Made by a program: the position numbers and the translations under genes. A DNA stretch of 64,000 bases from Candidatus Hermodarchaeum yapensis (lineage in GTDB: Archaea > Asgardarchaeota > Hermodarchaeia > Hermodarchaeales > Hermodarchaeaceae). The DNA lies in contig JAEOSK010000004.1 in NCBI GenBank assembly GCA_016840405.1, positions 49,174-113,173 of the forward strand, written 5' to 3'. The notes beneath the pieces are model-generated. The model saw nothing but the letters and a program-made list of their open reading frames with translations, was not told where the DNA came from and ran no database searches. Below are positions 48,681 through 57,762 of this stretch, in pieces (position 1 is the first letter of the stretch; every line of letters begins with the position of its first letter).

Positions 48681-49724
48681 GTGTCATTAGAGCTTATCAT
48701 CGCAGTCATTCTCCTCATCGTCTTAGTGTTTATTGTTGCCATGGCCATTGGTGCAAATGATGAAACGATGGCAAGTGTTGTTGGTGCCAAGATTGTAACT
48801 TTGAACGCGGCAATTCTTTTGGGTGCTTTTCTCCAAATCATTGGAGCTCAGCTTCTTGGAGTTGATGTGTCAAAAACCATCGGCTCGGACATGGTGAATA
48901 TCGATTTACCTCTGGAAGTTGTCCTCATTATCGCCATTGCCATGACAATTTGGCTGTTTTTAGTTTCAGTGAGAGGGTATCCAATTTCTACGACCCATAG
49001 TATCGTTGGGTGTGTATTGGGGATTGGGTTGTGGTTAGAGTTTCGTTTAGTGCTGCCAGTTATTAATTGGCTTACGATGCTGGAAATTGTCATCGGATGG
49101 GTTCTCAGCCCGGTTTTTGGACTAGTAATTGCGTTTTGTCTTCAGTACGTGATTAGGAAATTTGTGTATCCTCGGGCGACGGGTTTGGATCGTCTGAAGC
49201 GCATGGAGTGGATTTTTGGAATATTGCTCTTAGTGATGGTTATCATCACTGGACTGAGTCGCGGAGGGAATGATGTGGCAAAAGCAGTGGGGATCTTGGT
49301 GTTAGCATTTCCTGATCCAACAGCGCCACTATTTGGGATTCCATTGATTCGTTGGTTTCTTCTGCTAGGTGGTGGAGGGATGGCAATTGGTTTGTTCCTG
49401 ATTGGGAGGCGAGTAGTGGCTACCGTGGGTCGGGAAGTCACCGAGTTGCGTCCGAGTTCAAGTTTCGCTGCCGAGTCAGGTGTGGCTCTTGTTATGTTAA
49501 TTGGAACACTGGTAGGACTTCCGTTGTCAGGAACACATGTTCTGGTCACTGCAGTGATTGGTGTGGGGTTGGCAAATCAAACACCGATTGGAGGTCCAGC
49601 AGTAAAGAAGATTGCTTGGGCATCGATTTTGACCGTGCCGATTTCTGCAGCAATGTCACTGGGATTATTCTTTCTTTATGCTTGGCTGGCACCGTTGTTT
49701 CCGTTACTATTACCTGTTCCCTAG
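48681..49724 (+). CDS. PiT-family inorganic phosphate transporter
   Basis: GANDE, PISTTH, GGNDVAK, PLSGTH. Confidence 0.93.
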   Translation: MSLELIIAVILLIVLVFIVAMAIGANDETMASVVGAKIVTLNAAILLGAFLQIIGAQLLGVDVSKTIGSDMVNIDLPLEVVLIIAIAMTIWLFLVSVRGYPISTTHSIVGCVLGIGLWLEFRLVLPVINWLTMLEIVIGWVLSPVFGLVIAFCLQYVIRKFVYPRATGLDRLKRMEWIFGILLLVMVIITGLSRGGNDVAKAVGILVLAFPDPTAPLFGIPLIRWFLLLGGGGMAIGLFLIGRRVVATVGREVTELRPSSSFAAESGVALVMLIGTLVGLPLSGTHVLVTAVIGVGLANQTPIGGPAVKKIAWASILTVPISAAMSLGLFFLYAWLAPLFPLLLPVP

Positions 49725-49738
49725 TCCCAATGCTAGGT

Positions 49739-50647
49739 TTAGGTGGTAGGAAGAGCGAGGTCAGGAAGTAGCTTGTTTAATACTGGATTGACTTTAACTC
49801 GATGTAGATTGAAGCCCATCTTGTCTGGTGAAATTCCTAGGGCTAGATTCAGTAGCTCGGGGTAGTAAAAAACTGGGAGTGGTGTTTTATCTTCTGTATC
49901 GCGGAGGGCAAGACGTTGCATGAGATCAAACTGCAGTGTACAGGCTGGGCAAATTACTACTAAGGCCTCAGCACCTGCAAATTTCATGTTTTCTAGCTTG
50001 TTACCTGTCATTTTGAGAGCCATGTCTTTGTCTGCTGGACGGGTACCATATCCGCAACAATCCATTTCATCTGGATATTGGACAGTTTTGGCTCCTAGGG
50101 CGCGAACAAGTTGGTGAAGAATGGTTGGTCGTTGGGCATCATCAACGTTGAGGAGGTTACTGGGTCGAAGAATATGACAGCCAATATGAGTGGCGACCAC
50201 GAGGTCATTTAAGGGAAGGGCCACTGACTCGGCGATGGTTCCCAAGCCAATGTCTTCGAAGAGAAATTGGATGAAGTGCTTGACCTGAATGGTTCCCTTG
50301 TATTCATGTCCAGTTTTGGAAAGAATAGTGTTGACTTTTGCGCGGAGTTCTGCGTCTTCCTGGAGGCATGCTGCTGTTCCTTTGAGCGCTTCAAAACAGC
50401 CGTTACATGGTGTGAGAATGTTAAGTCCCTTTTCTTCAGCAATGGCAAGGTTTCGGGCGGAGATTGCTAGAGCTGCTTCATGGTCAATATGAGAAAGGGT
50501 TAAGGGATTTGGGCAACAGGTGAAACCAGAGATATCTTGGGTGGAAATCTCAAAATAACTAAGCGTTTCACGCATGGCTACTTCCATGTAGGGTAATCGG
50601 TTGGGGATAACACAACCCATGTAAAGTGCCCACGGTGTATCTGCCAT
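49739..50647 (-). CDS. hdrB: Heterodisulfide reductase subunit B
   Basis: MGCVIPNR, TCCP, PCNGC, HIGCHILRP, CCG, CPAC..QFD. Confidence 0.94.
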   Translation of the reverse strand: MADTPWALYMGCVIPNRLPYMEVAMRETLSYFEISTQDISGFTCCPNPLTLSHIDHEAALAISARNLAIAEEKGLNILTPCNGCFEALKGTAACLQEDAELRAKVNTILSKTGHEYKGTIQVKHFIQFLFEDIGLGTIAESVALPLNDLVVATHIGCHILRPSNLLNVDDAQRPTILHQLVRALGAKTVQYPDEMDCCGYGTRPADKDMALKMTGNKLENMKFAGAEALVVICPACTLQFDLMQRLALRDTEDKTPLPVFYYPELLNLALGISPDKMGFNLHRVKVNPVLNKLLPDLALPTT

Positions 50648-51204
50648 TAAGCTTCCCCTCCTTCTTGAATGGCTTCATCAGCTGCCTTCAGGGCAGCCTT
50701 GTGTTCTTTGATTTTTTTCAATCGTGATAACAATTCGGTTGCCTTTGCGATTGTATGTAAATCCTTCTTACCCTTCTCTTCCAGCGGGATCGGGGGAAGT
50801 CCCAATTCAACACGGCGTTTATTCGCTGATTCGCTTGGTGCAAGGGCCCACCCGGTGGCAATAATGTTCTCAACTTCAGAGACGATATCGTCGGGCGTCA
50901 CCCCCAATTCACTGGCTAGATTCTGCAGGTCTTGGACGAGTTCAGAAACGGGGACCTTCTGAGGACAGTGTTCCAGACAAGCATGACAGCTCGTGCATAA
51001 CCAGAGGCTAGGCTGCTCGAGTAACTTGGAAGCCTCACCTTCCAACGTCGCTCGAACAATTCGGCGAGGATGATAGAGTTCACCGTCGGTAATTCGGGAT
51101 ACGGGACAGGCACTGACACATGAACCACACTGGAAACAGCTTTTCGTGTCAACCCGTTTGGCCAGTTTCTGGGCTATCTCCTCAAGGCGTTCTTCCACAT
51201 CCAT
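50647..51204 (-). CDS. hdrC: Heterodisulfide reductase subunit C
   Basis: CFQCGSCVSACP, WLCTSCHACLEHCP, RRVELGLPP; TAATG coupling. Confidence 0.93.
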   Translation of the reverse strand: MDVEERLEEIAQKLAKRVDTKSCFQCGSCVSACPVSRITDGELYHPRRIVRATLEGEASKLLEQPSLWLCTSCHACLEHCPQKVPVSELVQDLQNLASELGVTPDDIVSEVENIIATGWALAPSESANKRRVELGLPPIPLEEKGKKDLHTIAKATELLSRLKKIKEHKAALKAADEAIQEGGEA

Positions 51205-53750
51205 TACGCCTTCACCTTCGCTGATTTGGTTTTTGCCTTCGCTTTCGGCTTTGGCTTGGGCTTTTCTCTTTTTGTGAGCCGGGTAATACGCTTCTCAATC
51301 TCCGGGCGAAGTCGTTCATTCTCTTCAACGATAAAATCGCGTCCCATTTCTTTGAGTTGTTCAGCCATCTCCGTTGTGACTGTTGCCCATTTGTCCCCTT
51401 CTGCAGCGGAAACCCACTCCAATCGGAACCGTCGTGGATCCATGCCAATCCGCTCCAGATACGCTGACATCCGGTTTGCGCGCTTCTCAGCCCATACATT
51501 CCCCGTAATGTAGTGGCAATCGCTACCAGTTTCGGTGAGACGACACCCAGACATTAACACCATTCCAGCTCCAAGCCGGAAAGCTTCCAAAATGAATTGA
51601 TCCGACATACGCCCTGAACACATAACGCGAATGCCACGCACGTTTGTTGGATAATTATAACGACTAATTCCGGCTAGATCCGCCCCTGCATAACTACACC
51701 AGTTGCACAGCATGGCGAAGATTTTGTCTTCAGGATTGTCTTTCAATAGCGCTCGAATTTGGTCCATAATCTGAGCATCGGTGAAATGCATCTGTGTAAT
51801 TGCATTCGCAGGGCATTCAGCTACGCACGTTCCACAGCCATGGCATTTTGCGGGGGTGACGTAGGCAGCGGTTCCGGGATCAGCGGTGATAGCACCATAG
51901 GCGCAGCGTGATACGCAGATACCACACTTTCCAGTGGCGCTTCGGCATAACTCCGGATTGACGACTGCTACAATGGGTTCAATTTCCCATTCATCTTGAG
52001 TAATAATTCGAAGGGCACGAGCAGCAGCGGCGCTTCCTTGGGCGACGCTTGCGGGAATATCTTTGGGTCCTTGAGCAGAACCGCAGAAAAAGACACCTTC
52101 GGTGGCTGCGTCGACAGGTTTGAGTTTGGGATGAGCTTCCATGTAGAAACCAGAGGGGCCAACGGGAACATTGAGAACTCGTGCAAGATCCTCTGTCCCT
52201 CGACTGGGTACTGCGGCTGTGCTGAGGATGACCATTTCAAATTCGCGCTTAGTGGGCTTCCCAGTTGCCATGTCTTCAGCGCGGACCCATAGGTTGTGGG
52301 TCTTGGGATCTTCTGTGATTTCTGCAGGACGTCCTTGTTGGAAGCGGATACCGGCGCGTCGGGCTCGTTGATAAAATTCTTCATAGTCTTTGAAGTTGGT
52401 GCGGATATCCATGTAATAGATTGTGATTTCTGCGTCGGGGTATTTTTCGTGGAGGAGGAGGGCGTTTTTGATGGTGTACATGCAGCAGAAGCCAGAACAG
52501 TAAATGTTGGATCGTTCGTCGCGGCTTCCAACACATTGGATAAAGGCAAAGCTGTGAGGTTTAGCTTCATCTGAGGGTCGAATGACTTTGCCCTCAGTTG
52601 GTCCTGCGGCATTGATGAGCCGTTCCAGCTCCATTGCCGTAATCACATTGGGATAGACACCATAACCATATTCTGTGATGGGAGTAGGGTCGTAGGGTTC
52701 GTAGCCAGTGGCTACAATGATTGCACCGATGTCAAACTCATGGATTTTCTCGGTGTCATCGGGGAGAATGGCTTCTTGTCCTGCTTTGTTACAGGCATCG
52801 TAGCACATCATGCACTCTTTGGGGCTTAAGCCGAGGCAGTGGTCGGGATCAATCATGTAAGCTGCAGGCACAGCCTGTGGGTAGGGGATGTAGATGGCGT
52901 GTCGCCATCCGAGGTTGGCATCAAAATTGTTGGGAACTAATACCGGGCAGACTGTTTGGCAGTCACCACAGCTGTTGCATTTATCAATGTCCACATATCG
53001 GGGTCGTTGATTAACTTGCACCTTGAAATTACCAACAAAACCCTCAACTCGAGTAACTTCTGCATTAGTAATGAGTTCAATATTGGGATGCCGAGCTGCT
53101 TCTGCCATTTTTGGACCGAGAATACAGATTGAGCAGTCGAGGGTGGGAAAAGTCTTATCAAGCAAAGCCATGATGCCACCGATTGTGGGTGACCGCTCTA
53201 CTAAGTAGACTTTGTAACCAGCATCAGCAATATCAAGTGCAGCGTGAATACCTGAGACTCCACCACCGATAACAAGCGCTGTATGGGTAACCGGAACTTT
53301 GAGCACTTCAAGAGGTTCTAGGTGGTGGGCCTTGGCGACAGCACTGGCAATTAGGTCAGCAGCTTTGACTTGGCAACCTTCAGGATCGCTGGCATGACAC
53401 CAGGTTCCTTGATCGCGAATATTCGCCATTTCAAAGAAGAATTGGTTAAGTCCTGCGTCTTCGGTAGTTCTTCGGAAGGTGGGTTCATGCATTCGAGGTG
53501 TACAAGCAGCAACAACCACGCGGTCAAGCTTTTCTTCTTTCACTATACGCTTGATTTCTTCTTGACCGGGGTCTGCACAGGTGAATTTGTTCACTTTCGT
53601 TGCTACGACACCGTCGAGTTTTGCTGCACCTTCTGCTAGCGCGTTGCAGTCAACGACACCCGCGATGTTGCGTCCGCATTCACAGACAAAAACGCCAATT
53701 CGGGGTTTCTCTTCTATAGGTTTCTTAGCTTTTGCGATGGCGGCCACCAC
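51204..53750 (-). CDS. hdrA: Heterodisulfide reductase subunit A fused to MvhD
   Basis: RIGVFVCECG, GGGVSG, DKTFPTLDCSIC, QCVGSRD, YCSGFCC, GPKDI; C-terminal MvhD CNWCSYAGAD, RVMCSGR, DCHY..GN, WVSAAEG. Confidence 0.96.
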   Translation of the reverse strand: MVAAIAKAKKPIEEKPRIGVFVCECGRNIAGVVDCNALAEGAAKLDGVVATKVNKFTCADPGQEEIKRIVKEEKLDRVVVAACTPRMHEPTFRRTTEDAGLNQFFFEMANIRDQGTWCHASDPEGCQVKAADLIASAVAKAHHLEPLEVLKVPVTHTALVIGGGVSGIHAALDIADAGYKVYLVERSPTIGGIMALLDKTFPTLDCSICILGPKMAEAARHPNIELITNAEVTRVEGFVGNFKVQVNQRPRYVDIDKCNSCGDCQTVCPVLVPNNFDANLGWRHAIYIPYPQAVPAAYMIDPDHCLGLSPKECMMCYDACNKAGQEAILPDDTEKIHEFDIGAIIVATGYEPYDPTPITEYGYGVYPNVITAMELERLINAAGPTEGKVIRPSDEAKPHSFAFIQCVGSRDERSNIYCSGFCCMYTIKNALLLHEKYPDAEITIYYMDIRTNFKDYEEFYQRARRAGIRFQQGRPAEITEDPKTHNLWVRAEDMATGKPTKREFEMVILSTAAVPSRGTEDLARVLNVPVGPSGFYMEAHPKLKPVDAATEGVFFCGSAQGPKDIPASVAQGSAAAARALRIITQDEWEIEPIVAVVNPELCRSATGKCGICVSRCAYGAITADPGTAAYVTPAKCHGCGTCVAECPANAITQMHFTDAQIMDQIRALLKDNPEDKIFAMLCNWCSYAGADLAGISRYNYPTNVRGIRVMCSGRMSDQFILEAFRLGAGMVLMSGCRLTETGSDCHYITGNVWAEKRANRMSAYLERIGMDPRRFRLEWVSAAEGDKWATVTTEMAEQLKEMGRDFIVEENERLRPEIEKRITRLTKREKPKPKPKAKAKTKSAKVKA

Positions 53751-53954
53751 CAGTTCTCCTCAAATTCACTCCACAGTCGCTAAATATCTTTGCAACTTTC
53801 ACAATCAAGTTGCGAAACAGCATAGGAAGTTTTTCAAAAAGGTATAGGAATGTTGACATTTCGGTAGAGCCCATGCTAAAAATCAAGGGACTCGAAAAAT
53901 GGTTGGCTCGAGTTTCGATTAGCAGTGACTAGTTGAGAAGCGATTTCAACAGAT

Positions 53955-54506
53955 TCAAAAAGTCCTGGCGGCTGACTCGGGAGTGGGATATCGTTCAGCG
54001 AGGATTTCTGTAACGATTTCGAATATTTCTTGCACCCCATCTCCATCTTTGGCTGAAGCCTCTACAAAGGGGGCACTATATCTGGCAGCATATTCGATTC
54101 CCTCTTGGAGTGTTACTAGTGGTTGACTTCGCCCATAGGCTGTACGGAGATCTGCCTTATTTCCCACAATAACGATGGGACAATCCGTCACTGATTGTTT
54201 CAAATGCCTGATCCAGTCGTCGAGTCGTTCCATAGTGTATCGACTCGAAATGTCAAAAACGGCAATAGCGAGCCGAGCCCCTCTAAAATAGGACATGGCA
54301 AGATCTCGGAAGCGAATTTGTCCTGCAAGGTCCCAAATCTGGAGTGTTGCTTTCCATTTGCCATATTCAATGTTTTTTGCGGCGAAGTCCACACCCACTG
54401 TGAGTTTCATATTTTCGTCAAAAGTGTTCCAGGTGTATCGTCTAAGGAGGCTTGTTTTGCCCACACCGCCTTCGCCGATAAATAAAATTTTGAGTATCCC
54501 AATCAT
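53955..54506 (-). CDS. Rab-like small GTPase
   Basis: GEGGVGKTS, TVGVDF, WDLAGQ, NKAD, EASAK. Confidence 0.93.
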   Translation of the reverse strand: MIGILKILFIGEGGVGKTSLLRRYTWNTFDENMKLTVGVDFAAKNIEYGKWKATLQIWDLAGQIRFRDLAMSYFRGARLAIAVFDISSRYTMERLDDWIRHLKQSVTDCPIVIVGNKADLRTAYGRSQPLVTLQEGIEYAARYSAPFVEASAKDGDGVQEIFEIVTEILAERYPTPESAARTF

Positions 54507-54685
54507 TGAATATTATCCCAAGTTTTAGTTCCCCGCGTGATGGTTATTTTTCGCTTATGTTGAAATTTCATTTAATATCTTTCTCTCACTTCAACCTGAA
54601 ATTTGTGAATCTGCGGAAACTTGTGTTTGAACTCATAGTGCTCTCTGCTTTTCGGACTCTCGTTAGAAGAAAGTGGTTTGTTGTG

Positions 54686-56065
54686 TTATAAAACTGAGAG
54701 ATTCTTCAGTGCAGCATTGAGGGATTCTTCGAACACATCAACGGCGTGATTGGCTTGCTCTTCAGTAATGGTTAGGGGAGGTTTGACTTTGACTACATTT
54801 CGGACGAACCGCATATCACGGTGGTGTGCCATGCTCAAATCGAAAATGACGTTTCGTTTCAGTCCTTCGTGAACAATGGCATCAGCTAAAGAATTGGCTG
54901 GCACTTTGTCCTTTTTGTCACGAACCATTTCTACACCAATGAACAGCCCCGGTCCTCTTACATCTCCGATGTGTTCGTTCTTTTCTTGGATTTCTTGTAA
55001 TCGTTTGGTAATGAGGGTGCCCAGTTTTTCAGCGCGACGTGGGAGGTTGAGTCGTTGGATGACTTCGATATTGATTAGGGTTGCAGCCATGATCAGGGGG
55101 CTTGCCCCGAAGGTGGAGTGTTCCTCTGTGTACCGGAAGTGTTCTTTGAGGTCATCACGGGCTAGTGTGGCTCCGGCAGGGAGTCCTCCTCCGAGAGCTT
55201 TGGTGAGGCACATCATGTCGGGGACAACGTTGTAGATTTCGGCAGCAAACATTTTTCCAACGCGTCCAAATGCGGTTTGAGCTTCATCCCAGATCATGAA
55301 TACGTTTTCTTCATCACAGAGTTTCCGTAGTCCCTCAATATACCGTTGTGGTGCAGGAACTTGTCCTCCTGGACCCTGCATGGGTTCAATTATGACACCT
55401 GCCACTGGGGCATTGGTTCCATAGATTATCGTGTTTCGAAGCAGTTCCAGACATTCCATGTCACAGTCTTTGGGATCTTGGCCTTTTCGACACCGGTAGC
55501 AATAGGGGTAGGGGGCTTTAACGAAGTGTTCTTGTCCGAATCCCCGGAATCGGATGAGTGGGCTGGGCATCCAATTTGATGCGGTAATGGTGGCGAGGGT
55601 GGCGCCGTGATAGGCCATCCAAGTGGTGATGAATATGGATGCGTCCGGTTTGTTGAGAAAAGCGAGTTTCATGGCGGCTTCAATGGCTGTGGACCCGCCT
55701 TGATTTTGGATGGTTACTTTCTTTAAATTGCCTGGGGCGATCTGGGCGAGTTTATTGATGAGTTTGATACGCGGAATGGTAGGATAGCTGTAGCGAACAT
55801 GAGTGAGTCGTTCTGCTTGGAATTGGGTTGCATAAACAACATCGGGGTTGACGAAGCCGACATTTAACGTCCAAGCTTGGCTGGTACAATCCAAGTATTC
55901 GTTTCCTTCAGTATCTTTTACCGTGGCACCCCCAGGGGTTCCGGTGGCTAGGATGGTGTCCTTCAGATGAGTAAGTGAGTATGATTTGTACTCGCTGATT
56001 TCGTCCTCAGTGACTTTGGTGAGCATTTCAGCAATTTCATTTTCTGTCAGTACTTTAGGTTTCAT
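54686..56065 (-). CDS. Class III PLP-dependent aminotransferase
   Basis: GNEYLD, YHG, IEPMQG, DEAQTAFGRVG, TKALGGG, HSTFG, RGPGL. Confidence 0.94.
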   Translation of the reverse strand: MKPKVLTENEIAEMLTKVTEDEISEYKSYSLTHLKDTILATGTPGGATVKDTEGNEYLDCTSQAWTLNVGFVNPDVVYATQFQAERLTHVRYSYPTIPRIKLINKLAQIAPGNLKKVTIQNQGGSTAIEAAMKLAFLNKPDASIFITTWMAYHGATLATITASNWMPSPLIRFRGFGQEHFVKAPYPYCYRCRKGQDPKDCDMECLELLRNTIIYGTNAPVAGVIIEPMQGPGGQVPAPQRYIEGLRKLCDEENVFMIWDEAQTAFGRVGKMFAAEIYNVVPDMMCLTKALGGGLPAGATLARDDLKEHFRYTEEHSTFGASPLIMAATLINIEVIQRLNLPRRAEKLGTLITKRLQEIQEKNEHIGDVRGPGLFIGVEMVRDKKDKVPANSLADAIVHEGLKRNVIFDLSMAHHRDMRFVRNVVKVKPPLTITEEQANHAVDVFEESLNAALKNLSVL

Positions 56066-56145
56066 TATTGCTGCACCATTCCCTCATATGTCAGATACCT
56101 GCGTAAAAGAATGCCCATTGGTATTCGAATTTTTATTTTCACTTA

Positions 56146-57039
56146 ATGGTCATAGGGAAATGGAGGAAGGCTGAAATACACAAGGAATGCCTAAAAGATG
56201 CGAGGGACCTGGCATTGAAAATAGCAGCCGCACAAATTCACCCCCAATTTGCCCAGCCAGATAAGAACCGAAACATAATTCGACGGTATTGTAAACGGGC
56301 AGCTCAACAAGATGTTGACCTCATTGTGTTCCCTGAACTGTGTATCAGCGGATACAATTTCTCGTCTAAAGAGCAGGTGGACTCTTTTGCAGAACCGGTT
56401 CCAGAGGGTCCGACAACGCAACTATGGATTGAGCTAGCTAAAGAGCATAACATGATTATTGTTGGGGGATTAGCCGAACAAGGGAGGAGCGAGGGTATCT
56501 ATAATAGTGCCGCCATTGTGGGCCCAGATCAGTTTTTAGGCTGCTATCAAAAAATCCATCTCTTCGCGAATGAAAAAGACTGGTTCCTCCCAGGTTCACA
56601 ACCACCCCATGTCTGGAAGCTCCCTTCGGCAGCTATTGGTGTACTGGTGTGTTTTGACTGGGCGTTTCCTGAGGCGTCACGGATTCTAATGCTTGAGGGA
56701 TGTGAAATCTTATGTTTACCCTCCAATCTAGTGCTTCCCTACGCTCAACGGGTGATGGTTGCACGGAGTATTGAAAACCGCATATTTACGGTGTTAGCTA
56801 ATCGTATTGGCACAGAACCCTCCACTGGTTGTAAACCCATCACTTTCACTGGTAGTAGCCAAATCACGAATCCGTTAGGTGAAATCCTTGCTCGAGGTTC
56901 AAGGACTCGATCTGGACTCGTTATTGCTGAGATTCAACCTCAAAAGGCCCAGGATAAATTTCTCACTGGTCAGAATCACATAATTAATGATAGACGAGTG
57001 GAACTCTACCAGCGACTCTGTAACGGAGACCAGCGTTAG
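56146..57039 (+). CDS. Nitrilase-superfamily carbon-nitrogen hydrolase
   Basis: FPEL, QKIHL, VCFDWAFPE catalytic triad; real start probably TTG 56215. Confidence 0.93.
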   Translation: MVIGKWRKAEIHKECLKDARDLALKIAAAQIHPQFAQPDKNRNIIRRYCKRAAQQDVDLIVFPELCISGYNFSSKEQVDSFAEPVPEGPTTQLWIELAKEHNMIIVGGLAEQGRSEGIYNSAAIVGPDQFLGCYQKIHLFANEKDWFLPGSQPPHVWKLPSAAIGVLVCFDWAFPEASRILMLEGCEILCLPSNLVLPYAQRVMVARSIENRIFTVLANRIGTEPSTGCKPITFTGSSQITNPLGEILARGSRTRSGLVIAEIQPQKAQDKFLTGQNHIINDRRVELYQRLCNGDQR

Positions 57040-57692
57040 ACCAGCGTGAAAGTCTCGCCTACAGAAATGGATATTGGAATGATTGTAGACTCTTTGGTTT
57101 TCATTAGTGATAGATAACTCTTGGTTTGATCCGCGGTTCCACTAAGGGGAAGGACAAACCGGGGTTTGATGGCTAAGGTAGCAATGACTGCTCCTTCGGA
57201 ATCGAATGATCCCTTTTTCTTTCCCGCTATGGGAATGCAAAGAAGGTCTGGCTTGGAATCCGCTAAAGATCCAATTTCGTTTGTATGACCCAAATGAAGA
57301 ACTGAACCTTGGTCGCTTTCAACGAGTAAAGCCAAATTGTGTGGCGCGAGAAATCCACCACGTCGTAATTTGAAGCCTCGAATTTTGATGTTCTTTCCTA
57401 CGTCCAGTTCTTTGCCATTTGTCAAGGTTTCTAGATAGTAGCTAGGAGTCCCATCTTTTCGGAGAATATTAATGACCTGACTGTTGCTGACAATGACACT
57501 TCCTTTCTTTCTGGAAAACAGCAAAGCATTCCCAAGATGCTCATCGGATTGGCTACTCACGAGCACATATGATGGTTGAACTTGATTAAGCTCAACCAGT
57601 ACCTGTGCTTCGACGATACCGGGATTGAAGAGTAGGTGTTTTTCAAAAGAAACTAGCACTGCTGCGTATCCGAAGTAAGTCAATGTAAACAC
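57036..57692 (-). CDS. UPF0173-like metallo-beta-lactamase-fold protein with degenerate metal site
   Basis: LTYFGYAAV, DLLCIPIAG, IKPRFVLP; HxHxDH replaced by SQSDEH. Confidence 0.72.
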   Translation of the reverse strand: MFTLTYFGYAAVLVSFEKHLLFNPGIVEAQVLVELNQVQPSYVLVSSQSDEHLGNALLFSRKKGSVIVSNSQVINILRKDGTPSYYLETLTNGKELDVGKNIKIRGFKLRRGGFLAPHNLALLVESDQGSVLHLGHTNEIGSLADSKPDLLCIPIAGKKKGSFDSEGAVIATLAIKPRFVLPLSGTADQTKSYLSLMKTKESTIIPISISVGETFTLV

Positions 57693-57762
57693 CGGACCGG
57701 CACCTCGTGAGACATCCTCTAAATGAGCCTCATTTGAGTTTATACTTTCCTCTTCGCAGACC

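Noticed and set aside
51968-52612. 214-aa alternative-frame ORF inside hdrA and many other antisense or shadow ORFs in the track
   Set aside because: They are fully nested in well-supported genes and have no motifs of their own
51204-53750. Selenocysteine recoding or SECIS for HdrA/MvhD
   Set aside because: The ORF is uninterrupted with Cys at all ligand positions; no in-frame TGA
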